Shown: positions 22,231-37,200 of the stretch, piece after piece
Layout: every line of letters starts with the position of its first letter
Numbering within the stretch: the stretch's first letter is position 1
NCBI RefSeq assembly: GCF_963921235.1
Contig: NC_086097.1
Coordinates: 138,076,001-138,140,000, forward strand
Origin: Mobula hypostoma
Taxonomy: Eukaryota
Length of the DNA: 64,000 nt
Direction: 5' to 3'
Notes under the pieces: generated by a model
The model's input: the letters and a program-made list of their open reading frames with translations, nothing else
Databases searched by the model: none
What the model was told of the DNA's origin: nothing
Translations under genes and position numbers: made by a program

Positions 22231-25200
22231 ACTCAGGGAGTGTCACATTATGGGATGGAGGGTACTGAGGGAGTGTCACACTGTGAGATGGACAGTACTG
22301 AGGGACCATCACACGGTGGGATGGAAAGTACTGAGGGGGTGTCACACCGTGGGATGGACAGTACTGAGGGGGTGTCACACTGTGGGATAGACAGTACTGA
22401 GGGGGTGTCACACTGTGAGATGGACAGTACTGAGGAAGTGTCACACTGTGGGATGGACAGTACTGAGGGAGAGTCAGACTGTGGGAAGGGCAGTACTGAG
22501 GGAGTGCCACAGTGTGGGACGGGCAGTACTGAGGGAGTGTCACACTGTGTGTGGACAGTATGGAGGGAGTTTCACACTGTGGGATGGACAGTACTGGGGG
22601 GGGTCACACTGTGAGATGGACAGTACTGAGGGAGTATCACACTGTGGGATGGACAGTACTGACGGAGTGTCGCACTGTGAGATGGTCAAGACTGAGGAAG
22701 TGTCACATTGTGGGATGGACGGTACTGAGGGAGTGTCACACTGTTGGATGGATGGTACTGAGGGAGTGTCACACTGTGGGAAGGGCAGTACTGAGGGAGT
22801 GTCACAGTGTGGGTCGGGCAGTACTGAGCAAGTGTCGCACCGTGTGTGGACAGTATGGAGGGAATGTCACACTGTGGGATGGACAGTACTGAGGGGGAGT
22901 CACACTGTGAGATGGACAGTACTGACGGAGTGTCACACTGTGGGATGGACAGTACTGAGGGACTGTCACACTGTGGGATGGACAGTACTGAGGGAGTGTC
23001 ACACTGTGAGATGGACAGTACTGAGGGAGTGTCACACTGTGGGATGGACAGTACTGAGGGAATTTCACACCCTGGGAAGGGTAGTACTGAGGGAGTGTCA
23101 CAGTGTGGGACGGTCAGTACTGACCAACTGTCGCACTGTGTGTGGACAGTACGGAGGGAATGTCACACTGTGGAATGGACAGTACTGAGAGAGTGTCAGA
23201 CTGTAGAATGCACAGTACTGAGGGAGTGTCACACTGTGTGTGGACAGTATGCAGGGTGCGTCACACTGTGTGTGGACAGTATGGAGGGAGTGTCACACTG
23301 TGGGATGGACAGTACTGAGGGGGTGTCACACTGTGAGATGGACAGTACTGACGGAGTGTCACACTGTGGGATGGACAGTACTGAGGGGGAGTCACACTGT
23401 GGGATGGACAGTACTGACGGAGTGTCACACTGTGGGACGGACAGTATTGAGGGAGTGTCGCACTGTGAGATGGACAAGACTGAGGGAGTGTCACATTGGG
23501 GGATGGACGGTACTGAGGGAGTGTCACACTGTGGTATGGACAGTACTGAGGGAGTGTCACACTATGGGATGGACAGTACTGAGGGAGTGTCACACTGTGG
23601 GATGGACAGTACTGAGCGACTGTCACACTATGGGAAGAACAGTACTGAGGGAGTGTCACACTGTGAGATGGACAGTACTGAGGGAGTGTAACACTGCTGG
23701 ATGGACAATACTGAGGGAGTGTCACTCTGTGAGATGGACAGTACTGAGGGAATTTCACACCCTGGGAAGGGCAGTACTGAGGGAGTGTCACAGTGTGGGA
23801 CGGGCAGTACTGACCAAGTGTCGCACTGTGTGTGGACAGTACGGAGGGAATGTCACACCGTGGGATGGACAGTACTAAGGGGGAGTCACACTGTGAGATG
23901 GACAGTACTGACGGAGGGTCACACTGTGGGATGGACAGTACAGAGGGAGTGTCGCACTGTGAGATGGACAAGACTGAGTGAGTGTCACATTGGGGGATGG
24001 ACGGTACTGAGGGAGTGTCACACTGTGGAATGGACAGTACGGAGAGAGTGTCAGACTGTAGAAGGGACAGTACTGATGGAATGTCACACTGTGGTGTGGA
24101 CAGTACTGAGGGACTGTCACACTGTGGGATGGATACTACTGATGGAGTGTCACACTGTGGGATGGACAGGTACTGAGGGACTGTCACACTGAGGGATGGA
24201 CAGTACTGAGGGAGTGTCACACTGTGAGATGGACAGTACTGAGGGAGTGTCACACTGTGGGATGGACAGTACTGAGGGAGTGTCACACTGTGAGATGGAC
24301 AGTACTCAGGGAGTGTCACACTGTGGGATGGACAGTACTGAGGGAGTGTCACTCTGTGGGATGGACAGCACTGAGGGAATTTCACACCCTGGGAAGGGCA
24401 GTACTGAGGGAGTGTCACAGTGTGGGACGGTCAGTACTGACCAAGTGTCGCACTGTGTGTGGACAGTACGGAGGGAATGTCACACTGTGGAATGGACAGT
24501 ACTGAGAGAGTGTCAGACTGTAGAATGCACAGTACTGAGGGAGTGTCACACTGTGGTGTGGACAGTACTGAGGGACTGTCACACAATGGGATGGACAGTA
24601 CTGAGAGAGTGTCACACTGTGTGTGGACAGTATGGAGGGTGCGTCACACTGTGTGTGGACAGTATGGAGGGAGTGTCACACTGTGGGATGGACAGTACTG
24701 AGGGGGTGTCACACTGTGAGATGGACAGTACTGACGGAGTGTCACACTGTGGGATGGACAGTACTGAGGGGGAGTCACACTGTGGGATGGACAGTACTGA
24801 CGGAGTGTCACACTGTGGGACAGACAGTACTGAGGGAGTGTCGCACTGTGAGATGGACAAGACTGAGGGAGTGTCACATTGGGGGATGGACGGTACTGAG
24901 GGAGTGTCACACTGTGGTATGGACAGTACTGAGGGAGTGTCACACTATGGGATGGACAGTACTGAGGGAGTGTCACACTGTGGGATGGACAGTACTGAGG
25001 GACTGTCACACTGTGGGATGAACAGTACTGAGGGAGTGTCACACTGTGAGATGGACAGTAATGAGGGAGTGTCACACTGCGGGATGGACAATACTGAGGG
25101 AGTGTCACTCTGTGGTATGGACAGTACTGAGGGAATTTCACACACTGGGAAGGGCAGTACTGAGGGAGTGTCACAGTGTGGGACAGGCAGTACTGACCAT

Positions 25201-28200
25201 GTGTCGCACTGTGTGTGGACAGTACGGAGGGAATGTCACACCGTGGGATGGACAGTACTGAGGGGGAGTCACACTGTGAGATGGACAGTACTGACGGAGG
25301 GTCACACTGTGGGATGGACAGTACAAAGGGAGTGTCGCACTGTGAGATGGACAAGACTGAGTGAGTGTCACATTGGGGGATGGACGGTACTGAGGGAGTG
25401 TCACACTGTGGAATGGACAGTACGGAGAGAGTGTCAGACTGTAGAATGGACAGTACTGATGGAATGTCACACTGTGGTGTGGACAGTACTGAGGGACTGT
25501 CACACTGTGGGATGGATAGTACTGAGGGAGTGTCACACTGTGAGATGGACAGTACTGAGGGAGTGTCACACTGTGGGATGGACAGTACTGAGGGAGTGTC
25601 ACTCTGTGGGATGGACAGCACTGAGGGAATTTCACACCCTGGGAAGGGCAGTACTGAGGGAGTGTCACAGTGTGGGACGGGCAGTACTGACCAAGTGTCG
25701 CACTGTATGTGGACAGTACGGAGGGAATGTCACACTGCAGGATGGACAGTACTGAGGGGGTGTCACACCGTGGGATGGACAGTACTGAGGGGGAGTCACA
25801 CTGTGAGATGGACAGTACTGACAGAGGGTCACACTGTGGGATGGACAGTACAGACGGAGTGTCGCACTGTGAGATGGACAAGACTGAGGGAGTGTCACAT
25901 TGGGGGATGGACGGTACTGAGGGAGTGTCACACTGTGGTGTGGACAGTACTGAGGGACTGTCACACTGTGGGATGGACAGTACTGAGGGAGTGTCATTCT
26001 GTGGGATGGACAGTACTGAGGGACTGTCACACTGTGGGATGGACAGTACTGAGGGAGTGTAACTCTGTGGGATGGACAGCACTGAGGGAATTTCACACCC
26101 TGGGAAGGGTAGTACTGAGGGAGTGTCACAGTGTGGGACGGGCAGTACTGACCAAGTGTCGCACTGTGTGTGGACAGTACGGAGGGAATGTCACAATGTG
26201 GGATGGACAGTACTGAGGGGGTGTCACACCGTGGGATGGAGAGTACTGAGGGGGAGTCACACTGTAAGATAGACAGTACTGACGGAGGGTCACACTGTGG
26301 GATGGACAGTACAGACGGAGTGTCGCACTGTGAGATGGACAAGACTGAGGGAGTGTCACATTGGGGGATGGACGGTACTGAGGGAGTGTAACACTGTGGT
26401 ATGGACAGTACTGAGGGAGTGTCATACTGTGGGATGGACAGTACTGAGGGACTGTCACACTGTGGGATGGACAGTACTCAGGGGGTGTCACACCGTGGGA
26501 TAGACAGTACTGAGGGGGTGTCACACTGTGGGATAGACAGTACTGAGGGGGTGTCACACTGTGAGATGGACAGTACTGAGGAAGTGTCACACTGTGGGAT
26601 GGACAGTACTGAGGGAGAGTCACACTGTGGGAAGGGCAGTACTGAGGGAGTGCCACAGTGTGGGACGGGCAGTACTGAGGGAGTGTCACACTGTGTGTGG
26701 ACAGTATGGAGGGAGTGTCACACTGTGGGATGGACAGTACTGGGGGGGGTCACACTGTGAGATGGACAGTACTGAGGGAGTATCACACTGTGGGATGGAC
26801 AGTACTGACGGAGTGTCGCACTGTGAGATGGTCAAGACTGAGGAAGTGTCACATTGTGGGATGGACAGTACTGAGGGAGTGTCACACTGTTGGATGGATG
26901 GTACTGAGGGAGTGTCACACTGTGGGAAGGGCAGTACTGAGGGAGTGTCACAGTGTGGGTCGGGCAGTACTGAGCAAGTGTCGCACCGTGTGTGGACAGT
27001 ATGGAGGGAATGTCACACTGTGGGATGGACAGTACTGAGGGGGAGTCACACTGTGAGATGGACAGTACTGACGGAGTGTCACACTGTGGGATGGACAGTA
27101 CTGAGGGACTGTCACACTGTGGGATGGACAGTACTGAGGGAGTGTCACACTGTGAGATGGACAGTACTGAGGGAGTGTCACACTGTGGGATGGACAGTAC
27201 TGAGGGAGTGTCACTCTGTGGGATGGACAGTACTGAGGGAATTTCACACCCTGGGAAGGGTAGTACTGAGGGAGTGTCACATTGTGGGACGGTCAGTACT
27301 GACCAAGTGTCGCACTGTGTGTGGACAGTACGGAGGGAATGTCACACTGTGGTGTGGACAGTACTGAGGGACTGTCACACAATGGGATGGACAGTACTGA
27401 GGGAGTGTCACACTGTGTGTGGACAGTATGGAGGGTGCGTCACACTGTGTGTGGACAGTATGGAGGGAGTGTCACACTGTGGGATGGACAGTACTGAGGG
27501 GGTGTCACACTGTGAGATGGACAGTACTGACGGAGTGTCACACTGTGGGATGGACAGTACTGAGGGGGAGTCACACTGTGGGATGGACAGTACTGACGGA
27601 GTGTCACACTGTGGGACGGACAGTATTGAGGGAGTGTCGCACTGTGAGATGGACAAGACTGAGGGAGTGTCACATTGGGGATGGACGGTACTGAGGGAGT
27701 GTCACACTGTGGTATGGACAGTACTGAGGGAGTGTCACACTATGGGATGGACAGTACTGAGGGAGTGTCACACTGTGGGATGGACAGTACTGAGCGACTG
27801 TCACACTATGGGAAGAACAGTACTGAGGGAGTGTCACACTGTGAGATGGACAGTACTGAGGGAGTGTAACACTGCTGGATGGACAATACTGAGGGAGTGT
27901 CACTCTGTGGGATGGACAGTACTGAGGGAATTTCACACCCTGGGAAGGGCGCTACTGAGGGAGTGTCACAGTGTGGGACGGGCAGTACTGACCAAGTGTC
28001 GCACTGTGTGTGGACAGTACGGAGGGAATGTCACACCGTGGGATGGACAGTACTGAGGGGGAGTCACACTGTGAGATGGACAAGACTGAGTGAGTGTCAC
28101 ATTGGGGGATGGACGGTACTGAGGGAGTGTCACACTGTGGAATGGACAGTACGGAGAGAGTGTCAGACTGTAGAATGGACAGTACTGATGGAATGTCACA

Positions 28201-31200
28201 CTGTGGTGTGGACAGTACTGAGGGACTGTCACACTGTGGGATGGATAGTACTGATGGAGTGTCACACTGTGGGATGGACAGGTACTGAGGGACTGTCACA
28301 CTGAGGGATGGACAGTACTGAGGGAGTGTCACACTGTGAGATGGACAGTACTGAGGGAGTGTCACACTGTGGGATGGACAGTACTGAGGGAGTGTCACAC
28401 TGTGAGATGGACAGTACTGAGGGAGTGTCACACTGTGGGATGGACAGTACTGAGGGAGTGTCACTCTGTGGGATGGACAGCACTGAGGGAATTTCACACC
28501 CTGGGAAGGGCAGTACTGAGGGAGTGTCACAGTGTGGGACGGTCAGTACTGACCAAGTGTCGCACTGTGTGTGGACAGTACGGAGGGAATGTCACACTGT
28601 GGAATGGACAGTACTGAGAGAGTGTCAGACTGCAGAATGCACAGTACTGAGGGAGTGTCACACTGTGGTGTGGACAGTACTGAGGGACTGTCACACAATG
28701 GGATGGACAGTACTGAGGGAGTGTCACACTGTGTGTGGACAGTATGGAGGGTGCGTCACACTGTGTGTGGACAGTATGGAGGGAGTGTCACACTGTGTGT
28801 GGACAGTATGGAGGGTGCGTCACACTGTGTGTGGACAGTATGGAGGGAGTGTCACACTGTGGGATGGACAGTACTGAGGGGGTGTCACACTGTGAGATGG
28901 ACAGTACTGACGGAGTGTCACACTGTGGGATGGACAGTACTGAGGGGGAGTCACACTGTGGGATGGACAGTACTGACGGAGTGTCACACTGTGGGACAGA
29001 CAGTACTGAGGGAGTGTCGCACTGTGAGATGGACAAGACTGAGGGAGTGTCACATTGGGGGATGGACGGTACTGAGGGAGTGTCACACTGTGGTATGGAC
29101 AGTACTGAGGGAGTGTCACACTATGGGATGGACAGTACTGAGGGAGTGTCACACTGTGGGATGGACAGTACTGAGGGACTGTCACACTGTGGGATGAACA
29201 GTACTGAGGGATTGTCACACTGTGAGATGGACAGTACTGAGGGAGTGTCACACTGCGGGATGGACAATACTGAGGGAGTGTCACTCTGTGGTATGGACAG
29301 TACTGAGGGAATTTCACACCCTGGGAAGGGCAGTACTGAGGGAGTGTCACAGTGTGGGACGGGCAGTACTGACCATGTGTCGCACTGTGTGTGGACAGTA
29401 CGGAGGGAATGTCACACCGTGGGATGGACAGTACTGAGGGGGAGTCACACTGTGAGATGGACAGTACTGACGGAGGGTCACACTGTGGGATGGACAGTAC
29501 AGAGGGAGTGTCGCACTGTGAGATGGACAAGACTGAGTGAGTGTCACATTGGGGGATGGACGGTACTGAGGGAGTGTCACACTGTGGAATGGACAGTACG
29601 GAGAGAGTGTCAGACTGTAGAATGGACAGTACTGATGGAATGTCACACTGTGGTGTGGACAGTACTGAGGGAGTGTCACACTGTGAGATGGACTGTACTG
29701 AGGGAGTGTCACATTGGGGGATGGACGGTACTGAGGGAGTGTCACACTGTGGTATGGACAGTACTGAGGGAGTGTCACACTATGGGATGGACAGTACTGA
29801 GGGAGTGTCACTCTGTGGGATGGACAGCACTGAGGGAATTTCACACCCTGGGAAGGGCAGTACTGAGGGAGTGTCACAGTGTGGGACGGGCAGTACTTAC
29901 CAAGTGTCGCACTGTGTGTGGACAGTACGGAGGGAATGTCACACTGCAGGATGGACAGTACTGAGGGGGTGTCACACCGTGGGATGGACAGTACTGAGGG
30001 GGAGTCACCATGTGAGATGGACAGTACTGACAGAGGGTCACACTGTGGGATGGACAGTACAGACGGAGTGTCGCACTGTGAGATGGACAAGACTGAGGGA
30101 GTGTCACATTGGGGGATGGACGGTACTGAGGGAGTGTCACACTGTGGTGTGGACAGTACTGAGGGACTGTCACACTGTGGGATGGACAGTACTGAGGGAG
30201 TGTCACTCTGTGGGATGGACAGCACTGAGGGAATTTCACACCCTGGGAAGGGTAGTACTGAGGGAGTGTCACAGTGTGGGACGGGCAGTACTGACCAAGT
30301 GTCGCACTGTGTGTGGACAGTACGGAGGGAATGTCACAATGTGGGATGGACAGTACTGAGGGGGTGTCACACCGTGGGATGGAGAGTACTGAGGGGGAGT
30401 CATACTGTAATATAGACAGTACTGACGGAGGGTCACACTGTGGGATGGACAGTACAGACGGAGTGTCGAACTGTGAGATGGACAAGACTGAGGGAGTGTC
30501 ACATTGGGGGATGGACGGTACTGAGGGAGTGTCACACTGTGGTGTGGACAGTACTGAGGGACTGTCACACTGTGGGATGGACAGTACTGAGGGAGTGTCA
30601 CTCTGTGGGAAGGACAGCACTGAGGGAATTTCACACCCTGGGAAGGGTAGTACTGAGGGAGTGTCACAGTGTGGGACGGGCAGTACTGACCAAGTGTCGC
30701 ACTGTGTGTGGACAGTACGGAGGGAATGTCACAATGTGGGATGGACAGTACTGAGGGGGTGTCACACCGTGGGATGGAGAGTACTGAGGGGGAGTCATAC
30801 TGTAAGATAGACAGTACTGACGGAGGGTCACACTGTGGGATGGACAGTACAGACGGAGTGTCGCACTGTGAGATGGACAAGACTGAGGGAGTGTCACATT
30901 GGGGGATGGACGGTACTGAGGGAGTGTCACACTGTGGTATGGACAGTACTGAGGGAGTGTCATACTGTGGGATGGACAGTACTGAGGGACTGTCACACTG
31001 TGGGATGGACAGTACTGAGGGAGTGTCACTCTGTGGGATGGACAGCACTGAGGGAATTTCACACCCTGGGAAGGGTAGTACTGAGGGAGTGCAACAGTGT
31101 GGGACGGGCAGTACTGACCAAGTGTCGCACTGTGTGTGGACAGTACGGAGGGAATGTCACAATGTGGGATGGACAGTACTGAGGGGGTGTCACACCGTGG

Positions 31201-34200
31201 GATGGAGAGTACTGAGGGGGAGTCACACTGTGAGATAGACAGTACTGACGGAGGGTCACACTGTGGGATGGACAGTACAGAGGGAGTGTCGCACTGTGGG
31301 ATGGACAGTACTGAGGAGTGTCACACCATGGGATGGACAGTACTGAGGGGGTGTCACACCGTCGGATGGAAAGTACTCAGGGAGTGTCACTCTGTGGGAT
31401 GGACAGTATTGACGGAGTGTCACAATTGTGGGATGGACGGTACTGAGGGAGTGTCACACTGTGGGAAAGACAGTACTGAGGGAGTGTCACTCTGTGGGAT
31501 GGACAGAACTGAGGGGATTTTACACCACGGGAAGGGCAGTACTGAGGGAGTGTCACAGTGTGGGACAGACAGTACTGAGGGAGTGTCACACTGTGTGTGG
31601 ACAGTACGGAGGGAGTGTCACACTGTGAGATGGACAAGACTGAGTGAGTGACACATTGGGGGATGGACGGTGCTGAGGGAGAGTCACACTGTGGAATGGA
31701 CGGTACTGAGAGAGCGTCAGACTGTAGAATGTACGGTACTGAGGGAGTGTCACACTGTGGGATGGACAGTACTAAGGGACTGTCACACTGAGGGATGGAC
31801 AGTACTGAGGGAGTGTCACACTGTGGGATGGACAGTACTGAGGGAGTGTCACACTGTGAGATGGACAGTACTGAGGGAGTGTCACACTGTGGGATGGACA
31901 GTACTGAGGGAGTGTCACTCTGTGGTATGGACAGCACTGAGGGAATTTCACACCCTGGGAAGGGCAGTACTGAGGGAGGGTCACAGTGTGGGACGGGCAG
32001 TACTGACCAAGTGTCGCACTGTGTGTGGACAGTACGGAGGGAATGTCACACTGCAGGATGGACAGTACTGAGGGAGTGTCACTCTGTGGGATGGAGAGTA
32101 CTGAGGGAATTTCACATCCTGGGAAGGGCAGTACTGAGGGAGTTTCACAGTGTGGGACGGGCAGTACTGACTAAGTGTCGCACTGTGTGTGGACAGTACA
32201 GAGGGAATGTCACACTGTGGAATGGACAGTACTGAGAGAGTGTCAGACTGTAGAATGCACAGTACTGAGGGAGTGTCACACTGTGGTGTGGACAGTACTG
32301 AGGGACTGTCACACAATGGGATGGACAGTACTGAGGGAGTGTCACACTGTGTGTGGACAGTATGGAGGGTGCGTCACACTGTGTGTGGACAGTATGGAGG
32401 GAGTGTCACACTGTGGGATGGACAGTACTGAGGGGGTGTCACACTGTGAGATGGACAGTACTGACGGAGTGTCACACTGTGGGATGGACAGTACTGAGGG
32501 GGAGTCACACTGTGGGATGGACAGTACTGACGGAGTGTCACACTGTGGGACGGACAGTATTGAGGGAGTGTCGCACTGTGAGATGGACAAGACTGAGGGA
32601 GTGTCACATTGGGGGATGGACGGTACTGAGGGAGTGTCACACTGTGGTATGGACAGTACTGAGGGAGTGTCACACTATGGGATGGACAGTACTGAGGGAG
32701 TGTCACACTGTGGGATGGACAGTACTGAGCGACTGTCACACTATGGGAAGAACAGTACTGAGGGAGTGTCACACTGTGAGATGGACAGTACTGAGGGAGT
32801 GTAACACTGCTGGATGGACAATACTGAGGGAGTGTCACTCTGTGGGATTGACAGTACTGAGGGAATTTCACACCCTGGGAAGGGCAGTACTGAGGGAGTG
32901 TCACAGTGTGGGACGGGCAGTACTGACCAAGTGTCGCACTGTGTGTGGACAGTACGGAGGGAATGTCACACCGTGGGATGGATAGTACTGAGGGGGAGTC
33001 ACACTGTGAGATGGACAAGACTGAGTGAGTGTCACATTGGGGGATGGACGGTACTGAGGGAGTGTCACACTGTGGAATGGACAGTACGGAGAGAGTGTCA
33101 GACTGTAGAATGGACAGTACTGATGGAATGTCACACTGTGGTGTGGACAGTACTGAGGGACTGTCACACTGTGGGATGGATAGTACTGATGGAGTGTCAC
33201 ACTGTGGGATGGACAGGTACTGAGGGACTGTCACACTGAGGGATGGACAGTACTGAGGGAGTGTCACACTGTGAGATGGACAGTGCTGAGGGAGTGTCAC
33301 ACTGTGGGATGGACAGTACTGAGGGACTGTCACTGTGAGATGGACAGTACTGAGGGAGTGTCACACTGTGGGATGGACAGTACTAAGGGAGTGTCACTCT
33401 GTGGGATGGACAGCACTGAGGGAATTTCACACCCTGGGAAGGGCAGTACTGAGGGAGTGTCACAGTGTGGGACGGTCAGTACTGACCAAGTGTCGCACTG
33501 TGTGTGGACAGTACGGAGGGAATGTCACACTGTGGAATGGACAGTACTGAGAGAGTGTCAGACTGCAGAATGCACAGTACTGAGGGAGTGTCACACTGTG
33601 GTGTGGACAGTACTGAGGGACTGTCACACAATGGGATGGACAGTACTGAGGGAGTGTCACACTGTGTGTGGACAGTATGGAGGGTGCGTCACACTGTGTG
33701 TGGACAGTATGGAGGGAGTGTCACACTGTGGGATGGACAGTACTGAGGGGGTGTCACACTGTGAGATGGACAGTACTGACGGAGTGTCACACTGTGGGAT
33801 GGACAGTACTGAGGGGGAGTCACACTGTGGGATGGACAGTACTGACGGAGTGTCACACTGTGGGACAGACAGTACTGAGGGAGTGTCGCACTGTGAGATG
33901 GACAAGACTGAGGGAGTGTCACATTGGGGGATGGACGGTACTGAGGGAGTGTCACACTGTGGTATGGACAGTACTGAGGGAGTGTCACACTATGGGATGG
34001 ACAGTACTGAGGGAGTGTCACACTGTGGGATGGACAGTACTGAGGGACTGTCACACTGTGGGATGAACAGTACTGAGGGAGTGTCACACTGTGAGATGGA
34101 CAGTACTGAGGGAGTGTCACACTGCGGGATGGACAATACTGAGGGAGTGTCACTCTGTGGTATGGACAGTACTGAGGGAATTTCACACCCTGGGAAGGGC

Positions 34201-37200
34201 AGTACTGAGGGAGTGTCACAGTGTGGGACGGGCAGTACTGACCATGTGTCGCACTGTGTGTGGACAGTACGGAGGGAATGTCACACCGTGGGATGGACAG
34301 TACTGAGGGGGAGTCACACTGTGAGATGGACAGTACTGACGGAGGGTCACACTGTGGGATGGACAATACAGAGGGAGTGTCGCACTCTGAGATGGACAAG
34401 ACTGAGTGAGTGTCACATTGGGGGATGGACGGTACTGAGGGAGTGTCACACTGTGGAATGGACAGTACGGAGAGAGTGTCACACTATGGGATGGACAGTA
34501 CTGAGGGAGTGTCACTCTGTGGGATGGACAGCACTGAGGGAATTTCACACCCTGGGAAGGGCAGTACTGAGGGAGTGTCACAGTGTGGGACGGGCAGTAC
34601 TTACCAAGTGTCGCACTGTGTGTGGACAGTACGGAGGGAATGTCACACTGCAGGATGGACAGTACTGAGGGGGTGTCACACCGTGGGATGGACAGTACTG
34701 AGGGGGAGTCACACTGTGAGATGGACAGTACTGACAGAGGGTCACACTGTGGGATGGACAGTACAGACGGAGTGTCGCACTGTGAGATGGACAAGACTGA
34801 GGGAGTGTCACATTGGGGGATGGACGGTACTGAGGGAGTGTCACACTGTGGTGTGGACAGTACTGAGGGACTGTCACACTGTGGGATGGACAGTACTGAG
34901 GGAGTGTCATTCTGTGGGATGGACAGTACTGAGGGACTGTCACACTGTGGGATGGACAGTACTGAGGGAGTGTCACTCTGTGGGATGGACAGCACTGAGG
35001 GAATTTCACACCCTGGGAAGGGTAGTACTGAGGGAGTGTCACAGTGTGGAACGGGCAGTACTGACCAAGTGTCGCACTGTGTGTGGACAGTACGGAGGGA
35101 ATGTCACAATGTGGGATGGACAGTACTGAGGGGGTGTCACACCGTGGGATAGAGAGTACTGAGGGGGAGTCATACTGTAAGATAGACAGTACTGACGGAG
35201 GGTCACACTGTGGGATGGACAGTACAGACGGAGTGTCGCACTGTGAGATGGACAAGACTGAGGGAGTGTCACATTGGGGGATGGACGGTACTGAGGGAGT
35301 GCCACACTGTGGTATGGACAGTACTGAGGGAGTGTCATACTGTGGGATGGACAGTACTGAGGGACTGTCACACTGTGGGATGGACAGTACTGAGGGAGTG
35401 TCACTCTGTGGGATGGACAGCACTGAGGGAATTTCACACCCTGGGAAAGGTAGTACTGAGGGAGTGTCACAGTGTGGGACGGGCAGTACTGACCAAGTGT
35501 CGCACTGTGTGTGGACAGTACGGAGGGAATGTCACAATGTGGGATGGACAGTACTGAGGGGGTGTCACACCGTGGGATGGAGAGTACTGAGGGGGAGTCA
35601 CACTGTGAGATAGACAGTACTGACGGAGGGTCACACTGTGGGATGGACAGTACAGAGGGAGTGTCGCACTGTGGGATGGACAGTACTGAGGAGTGTCACA
35701 CCGTGGGATGGACAGTACTGAGGGGGTGTCACACCGTCGGATGGAAAGTACTCAGGGAGTGTCACTCTGTGGGATGGACAGTATTGAGGGAGTGTCACAT
35801 TGTGGGATGGACGGTACTGAGGGAGTGTCACACTGTGGGAAAGACAGTACTGAGGGAGTGTCACTCTGTGGGATGGACAGAACTGAGGGGATTTTACACC
35901 ACGGGAAGGGCAGTACTGAGGGAGTGTCACAGTGTGGGACAGACAGTACTGAGGGAGTGTCACACTGTGTGTGGACAGTACGGAGGGAGTGTCACACTGT
36001 GAGATGGACAAGACTGAGTGAGTGACACATTGGGGGATGGACGGTGCTGAGGGAGAGTCACACTGTGGAATGGACGGTACTAAGAGAGCGTCAGACTGTA
36101 GAATGTACGGTACTGAGTGAGTGTCACACTGTGGGATGGACAGTACTGAGGGACTGTCACACTGAGGGATGGACAGTACTGAGGGAGTGTCACACTGTGG
36201 GATGGACAGTACTGAGGGAGTGTCACACTGTGAGATGGACAGTACTGAGGGAGTGTCACACTGTGGGATGGACAGTACTGAGGGAGTGTCACTCTGTGGT
36301 ATGGACAGCACTAAGGGAATTTCACACCCTGGGAAGGGCAGTACTGAGGGAGTGTCACAGTGTGGGACGGGCAGTACTGACCAAGTGTCGCACTGTGTGT
36401 GGACAGTACGGAGGGAATGTCACACTGCAGGATGGACAGTACTGAGGGAGTGTCACTCTGTGGGATGGAGAGTACTGAGGGAATTTCACATCCTGGGAAG
36501 GGCAGTACTGAGGGAGTTTCACAGTGTGGGACGGGCAGTACTGACTAAGTGTCGCACTGTGTGTGGACAGTACAGAGGGAATGTCACACTGTGGAATGGA
36601 CAGTACTGAGAGAGTGTCAGACTGTAGAATGCACAGTACTGAGGGAGTGTCACACTGTGGTGTGGACAGTACTGAGGGACTGTCACACAATGGGATGGAC
36701 AGTACTGAGGGAGTGTCACACTGTGTGTGGACAGTATGGAGGGTGCGTCACACTGTGTGTGGACAGTATGGAGGGAGTGTCACACTGTGGGATGAACAGT
36801 ACTGAGGGGGTGTCACACTGTGAGATGGACAGTACTGACGGAGTGTCACACTGTGGGATGGACAGTACTGAGGGGGAGTCACACTGTGGGATGGACAGTA
36901 CTGACGGAGTGTCACACTGTGGGACGGACAGTATTGAGGGAGTGTCGCACTGTGAGATGGACAAGACTGAGGGAGTGTCACATTGGGGGATGGACGGTAC
37001 TGAGGGAGTGTCACACTGTGGTATGGACAGCACTGAGGGAGTGTCACACTATGGGATGGACAGTACTGAGGGAGTGTCACGCTGTGGGATGGACAGTACT
37101 GAGCGACTGTCACACTATGGGAAGAACAGTACTGAGGGAGTGTCACACTGTGAGATGGACAGTACTGAGGGAGTGTAACACTGCTGGATGGACAATACTG

